From Eledone cirrhosa (lineage: Eukaryota): a stretch of 64,000 nt of DNA. This document shows, piece by piece, positions 1 to 11,700 of this stretch. A program made the position numbers and the translations under genes. The stretch spans positions 37,634,001 to 37,698,000 of the forward strand of contig OZ024758.1 of assembly GCA_964016885.1 (NCBI GenBank), in the 5' to 3' direction. The notes under the pieces were generated by a model, which made no database searches, was not told the DNA's origin, and worked only from the letters and a program-made list of their open reading frames with translations. How positions within the stretch are numbered: the first letter of the stretch is position 1; every line of letters begins with the position of its first letter.

Positions 1-3000
1 TCAGAAGTAACTCCACTGTTGGTGAGAATTCATTTAAGTTCATGGTATTAGCTGTCAGAAGTAACTCCACTGTTGGTGAGAATTCATTTAAGTTCATGGT
101 ATTAGCTGTCAGAAGTAACTCCACTGTTGGTGAGAATTCATTTAAGTTCATGGTACTAGCTGTCAGAAGTAACTCCAATGTTGGTGAGAATTCATTTAAG
201 TTCATGGTATTAGCTGTCAGAAGTAACTCCACTGTTGGTGAGAATTCATTTAAGTCATGGTATTAGCTGTCAGAAGTAACTCCACTGTTGGTGAGAATTC
301 ATTTAAGTTCATGGTATTAGCTGTCAGAAGTAACTCCACTGTTGGTGAGAATTCATTTAAGTTCATGGTACTAGCTGTCAGAAGTAACTCCAATGTTGGT
401 GAGAATTCATTTAAGTTCATGGTATTAGCTGTCAGAAGTAACTCCACTGTTGGTGAGAATTCATTTAAGTCATGGTATTAGCTGTCAGAAGTAACTCCAC
501 TGTTGGTGAGAATTCATTTAAGTTCATGGTATTAGCTGTCAGAAGTAACTCCACTGTTGGTGAGAATTCATTTAAGTTCATGGTATTAGCTGTCAGAAGT
601 AACTCCACTGTGGGTGAGAATTCATTTAAGTTCATGGTATTAGTTTGTCAGAAGTAACTGCACTGTTGGTGAGAATTCATTTAAGTCATGGTATTAGTTG
701 TCAGAGGTAACTCCAATGTTGGTGAGAATTCATTTAAGTTCATGGTACTAGCTGTCAGAAGTAACTCCACTGTTGGTGAGAATTCATTTAAGTTCATGGT
801 AATAGCTGTCAGAAGTAACTCCACTGTTGGTGAGAATTCATTTAAGTCATGGTATTAGCTGTCAGAAGTAACTCCAATGTTGGTGAGAATTCATTTAAGT
901 CATGGTACTAGCTGTCAGAAGTAACTCCAATGTTGGTGAGAATTCATTTAAGTTCATGGTATTAGCTGTCAGAAGTAACTCCACTGTTGGTGAGAATTCA
1001 TTTAAGTTCATGGTATTAGCTGTCAGAAGTCACTCCAATGTTGGTGAGAATTCATTTAAGTTCATGGTATTAGCTGTCAGAAGTAACTCCACTGTTGGTA
1101 AGAATTCATTTAAGTTCATGGTATTAGCTGTCAGAAGTAACTCCACTGTTGGTGAGAATTCATTTAAGTTCATGGTATTAGCTGTCAGAAGTAACTCCAC
1201 TGTTGGTGAGAATTCATTTAAGTTCATGGTACTAGCTGTCAGAAGTAACTCCAATGTTGGGGAGAATTCATTTAAGTTCATGGTATTAGCTGTCAGAAGG
1301 AACTCCACTGTTGCTGAGAATTCATTTAAGTTCATGGTATTAGCTGTCAGAAGTAAGTCCACTGTTGGTGAGAATTCATTTAAGTTCATGGTACTAGCTG
1401 TCAGAAGTAACTCCACTGTTGGTGAGAATTCATTTAAGTTCATGGTATTAGCTGTCAGAAGTAACTCCACTGTTGGTGAGAATTCATTTAAGTTCATGGT
1501 ATTAGCTGACAGAAGTCACTCCACTGTTGGTGAGAATTCATTTAAGTTCATGGTACTAGCTGTCAGAAGTAACTCCAATGTTGGTGAGAATTCATTTAAG
1601 TTTATGGTATAAGCTGTCAGAAGTAACTCCACTGTTGGTGAGAATTCATTTAAGTTCATGGTATTAGCTGTCAGAAGTAACTCCACTGTTGGTGAGAATT
1701 CATTTAAGTTCATGGTATTAGCTGTCAGAAGTAACTCCACTGTTGGTGAGAATTCATTTAAGTTCATGGTACTAGCTGTCAGAAGTAACTCCAATGTTGG
1801 TGAGAATTCATTTAAGTTCATGGTATTAGCTGTCAGAAGTAACTCCACTGTTGGTGAGAATTCATTTAAGTCATGGTATTAGCTGTCAGAAGTAACTCCA
1901 CAGTTGGTGAGAATTCATTTAAGTTCATGGTATTAGCTGTCAGAAGTAACTCCACTGTTGGTGAGAATTCATTTAAGTTCATGGTATTAGCTGTCAGAAG
2001 TAACTCCACTGTTGGTGAGAATTCATTTAAGTTCATGGTATTAGCTGTCAAAAGGAACTCCACTGTTGGTGAGAATTCATTTAAGTCATGGTATTAGCTG
2101 TCAGAAGTAGCTCCAATGTTGGTGAGAATTCATTTAAGTTCATGGTATTAGCTGTCAATAAGTCACTCCACTGTTGGTGAGAATTCATTTAAGTTCATGG
2201 TACTAGCTGTCAGAAGTAACCCCAATGTTGGTGAGAATTCATTTAAGTTCATGGTATTAGCTGTCAGAAGTAACTCCAATGTTGGTGAGAATTCATTTAA
2301 GTTCATGGTATTAGCTGTCAGAAGTAACTCCACTGTTGGTGAGAATTCATTTAAGTTCATGGTATTAGCTGTCAGAAGTAACTCCACTGTTGGTGAGAAT
2401 TCATTTAAGTCATGGTATTAGCTGTCAGAAGTAACTCCAATGTTGGTGAGAATTCATTTAAGTTCATGGTATTAGCTGTCAGAAGTAACTCCACTGTTGG
2501 TAAGAATTCATTTAAGTTCATGGTATTAGCTGTCAGAAGTAACTCCACTGTTGGTGAGAATTCATTTAAGTTCATGGTATTAGCTGTCAGAAGGAACGCC
2601 ACTGTTGGTGAGAATTCATTTAAGTTCATGGTATTAGCTGTCAGAAGTAACGCCACTGTTGGTGAGAATTCATTTAAGTTCATGGTACTAGCTGTCAGAA
2701 GTAACTCCAATGTTGGGGAGAATTCATTTAAGTTCATGGTATTAGCTGTCAGAAGGAACTCCACTGTTGCTGAGAATTCATTTAAGTTCATGGTATTAGC
2801 TGTCAGAAGTAACTCCACTGTTCGTGAGAATTCATTTAAGTTCATGGTACTAGCTGTCAGAAGTAACTCCACTGTTGGTGAGAATTCATTTAAGTTCATG
2901 GTATTAGCTGTCAGAAGTAACTCCACTGTTGGTGAGAATTCATTTAAGTTCATGGTATTAGCTGACAGAAGTCACTCCACTGTTGGTGAGAATTCATTTA

Positions 3001-5964
3001 TGTTCATGGTATTAGTTTGTCAGAAGTAACTCCACTGTTGGTGAGAATTCATTTAAGTCATGGTATTAGTTGTCAGAAGTAACTCCAATGTTGGTGAGAA
3101 TTCATTTAAGTTCATGGTATTAGCTGTCAGAAGGAACTCCACTGTTGGTGAGAATTCATTTAAGTTCATGGTATTAGTTGTCAGAAGGAACTCCAATGTT
3201 GGTGAGAATTCATTTAAGTCATGGTACTAGCTGTCAGAAGTAACTCCACTGTTGGTGAGAATTCATTTAAGTTCATGGTATTAGCTGTCAGAAGGAACGC
3301 CACTGTTGGTGAGAATTCATTTAAGTTCATGGTATTAGCTGTCAGAAGTAACTCCACTGTTGGTGAGAATTCATTTAAGTTCATGGTACTAGCTGTCAGA
3401 AGTAACTCCAATGTTGGTGAGAATTCATTTAAGTGCATGGTATTAGCTGTCAGAAGGAACTCCACTGTTGGTGAGAATTCATTTAAGTTCATGGTATTAG
3501 CTGTCAGAAGTAACTCCACTGTTGGTGAGAATTCATTTAAGTCATGGTATTAGCTGTCAGAAGTAACTCCATTGTTGGTGAGAATTCATTTAAGTCATGG
3601 TACTAGCTGTCAGAAGTAACTCCAATGTTGGTGAGAATTCATTTAAGTTCATGTTATTAGCTGTCAGAAGGAACTCCACTGTTGGTGAGAATTCATTTAA
3701 GTTCATGGTATTAGCTGTCAGAAGTAACTCCACTGTTGGTGAGAATTCATTTAAGTTCATGGTATTAGCTGTCAGAAGTAACTCCACCGTTGGTGAGAAT
3801 TCATTTAAGTTCATGGTACTAGCTGTCAGAAGTAACTCCAATGCTGGTGAGAATTCATTTAAGTTCATGGTATTAGCTGTCAGAAGTAACTCCACTGTTG
3901 GTGAGAATTCATTTAAGTTCATGGTATTAGCTGTCAGAAGTAACTCCACTGTTGGTGAGAATTCATTTAAGTTCATGGTATTAGCTGTCAGAAGTAACTC
4001 CACTGTTGGTGAGAATTCATTTAAGTTCATGGTACTAGCTGTCAGAAGTAACTCCAATGTTGGTGAGAATTCATTTAAGTTCATGGTATTAGCTGTCAGA
4101 AGTAACTCCACTGTTGGTGAGAATTCATTTAAGTCATGGTATTAGCTGTCAGAAGTAACTCCACTGTTGGTGAGAATTCATTTAAGTTCATGGTATTAGC
4201 TGTCAGAAGTAACTCCACTGTTGGTGAGAATTCATTTAAGTTCATGGTACTAGCTGTCAGAAGTAACTCCAATGTTGGTGAGAATTCATTTAAGTTCATG
4301 GTATTAGCTGTCAGAAGTAACTCCACTGTTGGTGAGAATTCATTTAAGTCATGGTATTAGCTGTCAGAAGTAACTCCACTGTTGGTGAGAATTCATTTAA
4401 GTTCATGGTATTAGCTGTCAGAAGTAACTCCACTGTTGGTGAGAATTCATTTAAGTTCATGGTATTAGCTGTCAGAAGTAACTCCACTGTGGGTGAGAAT
4501 TCATTTAAGTTCATGGTATTAGTTTGTCAGAAGTAACTGCACTGTTGGTGAGAATTCATTTAAGTCATGGTATTAGTTGTCAGAGGTAACTCCAATGTTG
4601 GTGAGAATTCATTTAAGTTCATGGTACTAGCTGTCAGAAGTAACTCCACTGTTGGTGAGAATTCATTTAAGTTCATGGTAATAGCTGTCAGAAGTAACTC
4701 CACTGTTGGTGAGAATTCATTTAAGTCATGGTATTAGCTGTCAGAAGTAACTCCAATGTTGGTGAGAATTCATTTAAGTCATGGTACTAGCTGTCAGAAG
4801 TAACTCCAATGTTGGTGAGAATTCATTTAAGTTCATGGTATTAGCTGTCAGAAGTAACTCCACTGTTGGTGAGAATTCATTTAAGTTCATGGTATTAGCT
4901 GTCAGAAGTCACTCCAATGTTGGTGAGAATTCATTTAAGTTCATGGTATTAGCTGTCAGAAGTAACTCCACTGTTGGTAAGAATTCATTTAAGTTCATGG
5001 TATTAGCTGTCAGAAGTAACTCCACTGTTGGTGAGAATTCATTTAAGTTCATGGTATTAGCTGTCAGAAGTAACTCCACTGTTGGTGAGAATTCATTTAA
5101 GTTCATGGTACTAGCTGTCAGAAGTAACTCCAATGTTGGGGAGAATTCATTTAAGTTCATGGTATTAGCTGTCAGAAGGAACTCCACTGTTGCTGAGAAT
5201 TCATTTAAGTTCATGGTATTAGCTGTCAGAAGTAAGTCCACTGTTGGTGAGAATTCATTTAAGTTCATGGTACTAGCTGTCAGAAGTAACTCCACTGTTG
5301 GTGAGAATTCATTTAAGTTCATGGTATTAGCTGTCAGAAGTAACTCCACTGTTGGTGAGAATTCATTTAAGTTCATGGTATTAGCTGACAGAAGTCACTC
5401 CACTGTTGGTGAGAATTCATTTAAGTTCATGGTACTAGCTGTCAGAAGTAACTCCAATGTTGGTGAGAATTCATTTAAGTTTATGGTATAAGCTGTCAGA
5501 AGTAACTCCACTGTTGGTGAGAATTCATTTAAGTTCATGGTATTAGCTGTCAGAAGTAACTCCACTGTTGGTGAGAATTCATTTAAGTTCATGGTATTAG
5601 CTGTCAGAAGTAACTCCACTGTTGGTGAGAATTCATTTAAGTTCATGGTACTAGCTGTCAGAAGTAACTCCAATGTTGGTGAGAATTCATTTAAGTTCAT
5701 GGTATTAGCTGTCAGAAGTAACTCCACTGTTGGTGAGAATTCATTTAAGTCATGGTATTAGCTGTCAGAAGTAACTCCACAGTTGGTGAGAATTCATTTA
5801 AGTTCATGGTATTAGCTGTCAGAAGTAACTCCACTGTTGGTGAGAATTCATTTAAGTTCATGGTATTAGCTGTCAGAAGTAACTCCACTGTTGGTGAGAA
5901 TTCATTTAAGTTCATGGTATTAGCTGTCAAAAGGAACTCCACTGTTGGTGAGAATTCATTTAAG
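1..5964 (+). repeat. Duplication with 3879-bp (72-monomer) offset: ~1-2085 repeated at ~3880-5964
   Basis: ORF starts 257/4136, 472/4351, 902/4781, 1658/5537 and 1873/5752 all differ by 3879. Shared rare variants: GTGGGTGAG (~610/4489), CAGAGGTAA (~702/4581), TTTATGGTATAAGC (~1601/5480), CCACAGTT (~1898/5777), GTCAAAAGG (~2047/5926). Confidence 0.93.
42..471 (+). repeat. Short HOR: 4-monomer, 215-bp unit in two tandem copies
   Basis: ORFs 42..266 and 257..481 are identical at a 215-bp offset (3x54+53). Monomer order: consensus, consensus, TACTA+CCAAT, consensus with 1-bp deletion. The same 4-mer recurs at 1658, 4136 and 5537. Confidence 0.8.
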
Positions 5965-8765
5965 TTCATGGTACTAGCTGTCAGAAGTAACTCCACTGTT
6001 GGTGAGAATTCATTTAAGTTCATGGTATTAGTTTGTCAGAAGTAACTCCACTGTTGGTGAGAATTCATTTAAGTCATGGTATTAGTTGTCAGAAGTAACT
6101 CCAATGTTGGTGAGAATTCATTTAATTTCATGGTATTAGCTGTCAGAAGGAACTCCACTGTTGGTGAGAATTCATTTAAGTTCATGGTATTAGCTGTCAG
6201 AAGGAACTCCAATGTTGGTGAGAATTCATTTAAGTCATGTTACTAGCTGTCAGAAGTCACTCCACTGTTGGTGAGAATTCATTTAAGTTCATGGTATTAG
6301 CTGTCAGAAGTAACTCCACTGTTGGTGAGAATTCATTTAAGTTCATGGTACTAGCTGTCAGAAGTAACTCCAATGTTGGTGAGAATTCATTTAGGTTCAT
6401 GGTATTAGCTGTCAGAAGGAACTCCACTGTTGGTGAGAATTCATTTAAGTTCATGGTATTAGCTGTCAGAAGTAACTCCACTGTTGGTGAGAATTCATTT
6501 AAGTCATGGTATTAGCTGTCAGAAGTAACTCCATTGTTGGTGAGAATTCATTTAAGTCATGGTACTAGCTGTCAGAAGTAACTCCAATGTTGGTGAGAAT
6601 TCATTTAAGTTCATGGTATTAGCTGTCAGAAGGAACTCCACTGTTGGTGAGAATTCATTTAAGTTCATGGTATTAGCTGTCAGAAGTAACTCCACTGTTG
6701 GTGAGAATTCATTTAAGTTCATGGTATTAGCTGTCAGAAGTAACTCCACTGTTGGTGAGAATTCATTTAAGTTCATGGTACTAGCTGTCAGAAGTAACTC
6801 CAATGTTGGTGAGAATTCATTTAAGTTCATGGTATTAGCTGTCAGAAGTAACTCCACTGTTGGTGAGAATTCATTTAAGTCATGGTATTAGCTGTCAGAA
6901 GTAACTCCAATGTTGGTGAGAATTCATTTAAGTTCATGGTATTAGCTGTCAGAAGTAACTCCACTGTTGGTGAGAATTCATTTAAGTTCATGGTATTAGC
7001 TGTCAGAAGTAACTCCACTGTTGGTGAGAATTCATTTAAGTTCATGGTACTAGCTGTCAGAAGTAACTCCACTGTTGGTGAGAATTCATTTAAGTTCATG
7101 GTATTAGTTTGTCAGAAGTAACTCCACTGTTGGTGAGAATTCATTCAAGTCATGGTATTAGTTGTCAGAAGTAACTCCAATGTTGGTGAGAATTCATTTA
7201 AGTTCATGGTACTAGCTGTCAGAAGTAAATCCACTGTTGGTGAGAATTCATTTAAGTTCATGGTATTAGCTGTCAGAAGTAACTCCACTGTTGGTGAGAA
7301 TTCATTTAAGTCATGGTATTAGCTGTCAGAAGTAACTCCACTGTTGGTGAGAATTCATTTAAGTTCATGGTACTAGCTGTCAGAAGTAACTCCAATGTTG
7401 GTGAGAATTCATTTAAGTTCATGGTATTAGCTGTCAGAAGTAACTCCACTGTTGGTGAGAATTCATTTAGGTTCATGGTATTAGCTGTCAGAAGTAACTC
7501 CACTGTTGGTGAGAATTCATTTAAGTTCATGGTACTAGCTGTCAGAAGTAACTCCACTGTTGGTGAGAATTCATTTAAGTTCATGGTATTAGTTTGTCAG
7601 AAGTAACTCCACTGTTGGTGAGAATTCATTTAAGTCATGGTATTAGTTGTCAGAAGTAACTCCAATGTTGGTGAGAATTCATTTAAGTTCATGGTATTAG
7701 CTGTCAGAAGGAACTCCACTGTTGGTGAGAATTCATTTAAGTCATGGTACTAGCTGTCAGAAGTAACTCCACTGTTGGTGAGAATTCATTTAAGTTCATG
7801 GTACTAGCTGTCAGAAGTAACTCCACTGTTGGTGAGAATTCATTTAAGTTCATGGTATTAGTTTGTCAGAAGTAACTCCACTGTTGGTGAGAATTCATTT
7901 AAGTCATGGTATTAGTTGTCAGAAGTAACTCCAATGTTGGTGAGAATTCATTTAAGTTCATGGTATTAGCTGTCAGAAGGAACTCCACTGTTGGTGAGAA
8001 TTCATTTAAGTTCATGGTATTAGCTGTCAGAAGGAACTCCAATGTTGGTGAGAATTCATTTAAGTCATGGTACTAGCTGTCAGAAGTCACTCCACTGTTG
8101 GTGAGAATTCATTTAAGTTCATGGTATTAGCTGTCAGAAGTAACTCCACTGTTGGTGAGAATTCATTTAAGTTCATGGTACTAGCTGTCAGAAGTAACTC
8201 CAATGTTGGTGAGAATTCATTTAAGTTCATGGTATTAGCTGTCAGAAGGAACTCCACTGTTGGTGAAAATTCATTTAAGTTCATGGTATTAGCTGTCAGA
8301 AGTAACTCCACTGTTGGTGAGAATTCATTTAAGTCATGGTATTAGCTGTCAGAAGTAACTCCATTGTTGGTGAGAATTCATTTAAGTCATGGTACTAGCT
8401 GTCAGAAGTAACTCCAATGTTGGTGAGAATTCATTTAAGTCATGGTACTAGCTGTCAGAAGTAACTCCAATGTTGGTGAGAATTCATTTAAGTTCATGGT
8501 ATTAGCTGTCAGAAGGAACTCCACTGTTGGTGAGAATTCATTTAAGTTCATGGTATTAGCTGTCAGAAGTAACTCCACTGTTGGTGAGAATTCATTTAAG
8601 TTCATGGTATTAGCTGTCAGAAGTAACTCCACTGTTGGTGAGAATTCATTTAAGTTCATGGTATTAGCTGTCAGAAGTAACTCCACTGTTGGTGAGAATT
8701 CATTTAAGTTCATGGTACTAGCTGTCAGAAGTAACTCCACTGTTGGTGAGAATTCATTTAAGTTC

Positions 8766-11700
8766 ATGGTATTAGTTTGTCAGAAGTAACTCCACTGTTG
8801 GTGAGAATTCATTTAAGTTCATGGTATTAGCTGTCAGAAGTAACTCCACTGTTGGTGAGAATTCATTTAAGTCATGGTATTAGCTGTCAGAAGTAACTCC
8901 ACTGTTGGTGAGAATCCATTTAATTTCATGGTACTAGCTGTCAGAAGTAACTCCAATGTTGGTGAGAATTCATTTAAGTTCATGGTATTAGCTGTCAGAA
9001 GTAACTCCACTGTTGGTGAGAATTCATTTAAGTTCATGGTATTAGCTTTCAGAAGTAACTCCACTGTTGGTGAGAATTCATTTAAGTTCATGGTACTAGC
9101 TGTCAGAAGTAACTCCACTGTTGGTGAGAATTCATTTAAGTTCATGGTATTAGTTTGTCAGAAGTAACTCCACTGTTGGTAAGAATTCATTTAAGTCATG
9201 GTATTAGTTGTCAGAAGTAACTCCAATGTTGGTGAGAATTCATTTAAGTTCATGGTATTAGCTGTCAGAAGGAACTCCACTGTTGGTGAGAATTCATTTA
9301 AGTTCATGGTATTAGCTGTCAGAAGGAACTCCAATGTTGGTGAGAATTCATTTAAGTCATGGTACTAGCTGTCAGAAGTAACTCCACTGTTGGTGAGAAT
9401 TCATTTAAGTTCATGGTATTAGCTGTCAGAAGTACCTCCACTGTTGGTGAGAATTCATTTAAGTTCATGGTACTAGCTGTCAGAAGTAACTCCAATGTTG
9501 GTGAGAATTCATTTAAGTTCATGGTATTAGCTGTCAGAAGGAACTCCACTGTTGGTGAGAATTCATTTAAGTTCATGGTATTAGCTGTCAGAAGTAACTC
9601 CACTGTTGGTGAGAATTCATTTAAGTCATGGTATTAGCTGTCAGAAGTAACTCCATTGTTGGTGAGAATTCATTTAAGTCATGGTACTAGCTGTCAGAAG
9701 GAACTCCACTGTTGGTGAGAATTCATTTATGCTCATGGTATTAGTTTGTCAGAAGTAACTCCACTGTTGGTGAGAATTCATTTAAGTCATGGTATTAGTT
9801 GTCAGAAGTAACTCCAATGTTGGTGAGAATTCATTTAAGTTCATGGTACTAGCTGTCAGAAGTAAATCCACTATTGGTGAGAATTCATTTAAGTTCATGG
9901 TATTAGCTGTCAGAAGTAACTCCACTGTTGGTGAGAATTCATTTAAGTCATGGTATTAGCTGTCAGAAGTAACTCCAATGTTGGTGAGAATTCATTTAAG
10001 TCATGGTACTAGCTGTCAGAAGTAACTCCAATGTTGGTGAGAATTCATTTAAGTTCATGGTATTAGCTGTCAGAAGTAACTCCACTGTTGGTGAGAATTC
10101 ATTTAAGTTCATGGTATTAGCTGTCAGAAGTAACTCCACTGTTGGTGAGAATTCATTTAAGTCATGGTATTAGCTGTCAGAAGTAACTCCAATGTTGGTG
10201 AGAATTCATTTAAGTCATGGTACTAGCTGTCAGAAGTAACTCCAATGTTGGTGAGAATTCATTTAAGTTCATGGTATTAGCTGTCAGAAGTAACTCCACT
10301 GTTGGTGAGAATTCATTTAAGTTCATGATATTAGCTGTCAGAAGTAACTCCACTGTTGGTGAGAATTCATTTAAGTTCATGGTATTAGCTGTCAGAAATA
10401 ACTCCACTGTTGGTGAGAATTCATTTAAGTTCATGGTATTAGCTGTCAGAAGTAACTCCACTGTTGGTGAGAATTCATTTAAGTTCATGGTATTAGCTGT
10501 CAGAAGGAACTCCAATGTTGGTGAGAATTCATTTAAGTCATGGTACTTGCTGTCAGAAGTAACTCCACTGTTGGTGAGAATTCATTTAAGTTCATGGTAT
10601 TAGCTGTCAGAAGGAACGCCACTGTTGGTGAGAATTCATTTAAGTTCATGGTATTAGCTGTCAGAAGTAACTCCACTGTTGGTGAGAATTCATTTAAGTT
10701 CATGGTATTAGCTGTCAGAAGTACCTCCACTGTTGGTGAGAATTCATTTAAGTTCATGGTATTAGCTGTCAGAAGGAACTCCAATGTTGGTGAGAATTCA
10801 TTTAAGTCATGGTACTAGCTGTCAGAAGTAACTCCACTGTTGGTGAGAATTCATTTAAGTTCATGGTATTAGCTGTCAGAAGGAACTCCAATGTTGGTGA
10901 GAATTCATTTAAGTCATGGTACTAGCTGTCAGAAGTAACTCCACTGTTGGTGAGAATTCATTTAAGTTCATGGTATTAGCTGTCAGAAGTAACTCCACTG
11001 TTGGTGAGAATTCATTTAAGTTCATGGTATTAGCTGTCAGAAGTAACTCCACTGTTGGTGAGAATTCATTTAAGTTCATGGTACTAGCTGTCAGAAGTAA
11101 CTCCACTGTTGGTGAGAATTCATTTAAGTTCATGGTATTAGCTGTCAGAAGTAACTCCACTGTTGGTGAGAATTCATTTAAGTTCATGGTATTAGCTGTC
11201 AGAAGTAACTCCACTGTTGGTGAGAATTCATTTAAGTTCATGGTATTAGCTGTCAGAAGTAACTCCACTGTTGGTGAGAATTCATTTAAGTTCATGGTAT
11301 TAGTTTGTCAGAAGTAACTCCACTGTTGGTGAGAATTCATTTAAGTTCATGGTATTAGCTGTCAGAAGTAACTCCACTGTTGGTGAGAATTCATTTAAGT
11401 CATGGTATTAGCTGTCAGAAGTAACTCCACTGTTGGTGAGAATCCATTTAAGTTCATGGTACTAGCTGTCAGAAGTAACTCCAATGTTGGTGAGAATTCA
11501 TTTAAGTTCATGGTATTAGCTGTCAGAAGTAACTCCACTGTTGGTGAGAATTCATTTAAGTTCATGGTATTAGCTTTCAGAAGTAACTCCACTGTTGGTG
11601 AGAATTCATTTAAGTTCATGGTACTAGCTGTCAGAAGTAACTCCACTGTTGGTGAGAATTCATTTAAGTTCATGGTATTAGTTTGTCAGAAGTAACTCCA

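Noticed and set aside
42-95. Tandem tRNA, 5S or snRNA gene array, or origin of the monomer from an internal 18/27-bp duplication
   Set aside because: The unit is too short, with no cloverleaf or A/B boxes. Internal similarities (CTGT, AGAA, TGGT, AAGT each twice; TGTCAGAAGT vs GGTGAGAATT) occur at inconsistent spacings and are compatible with chance.
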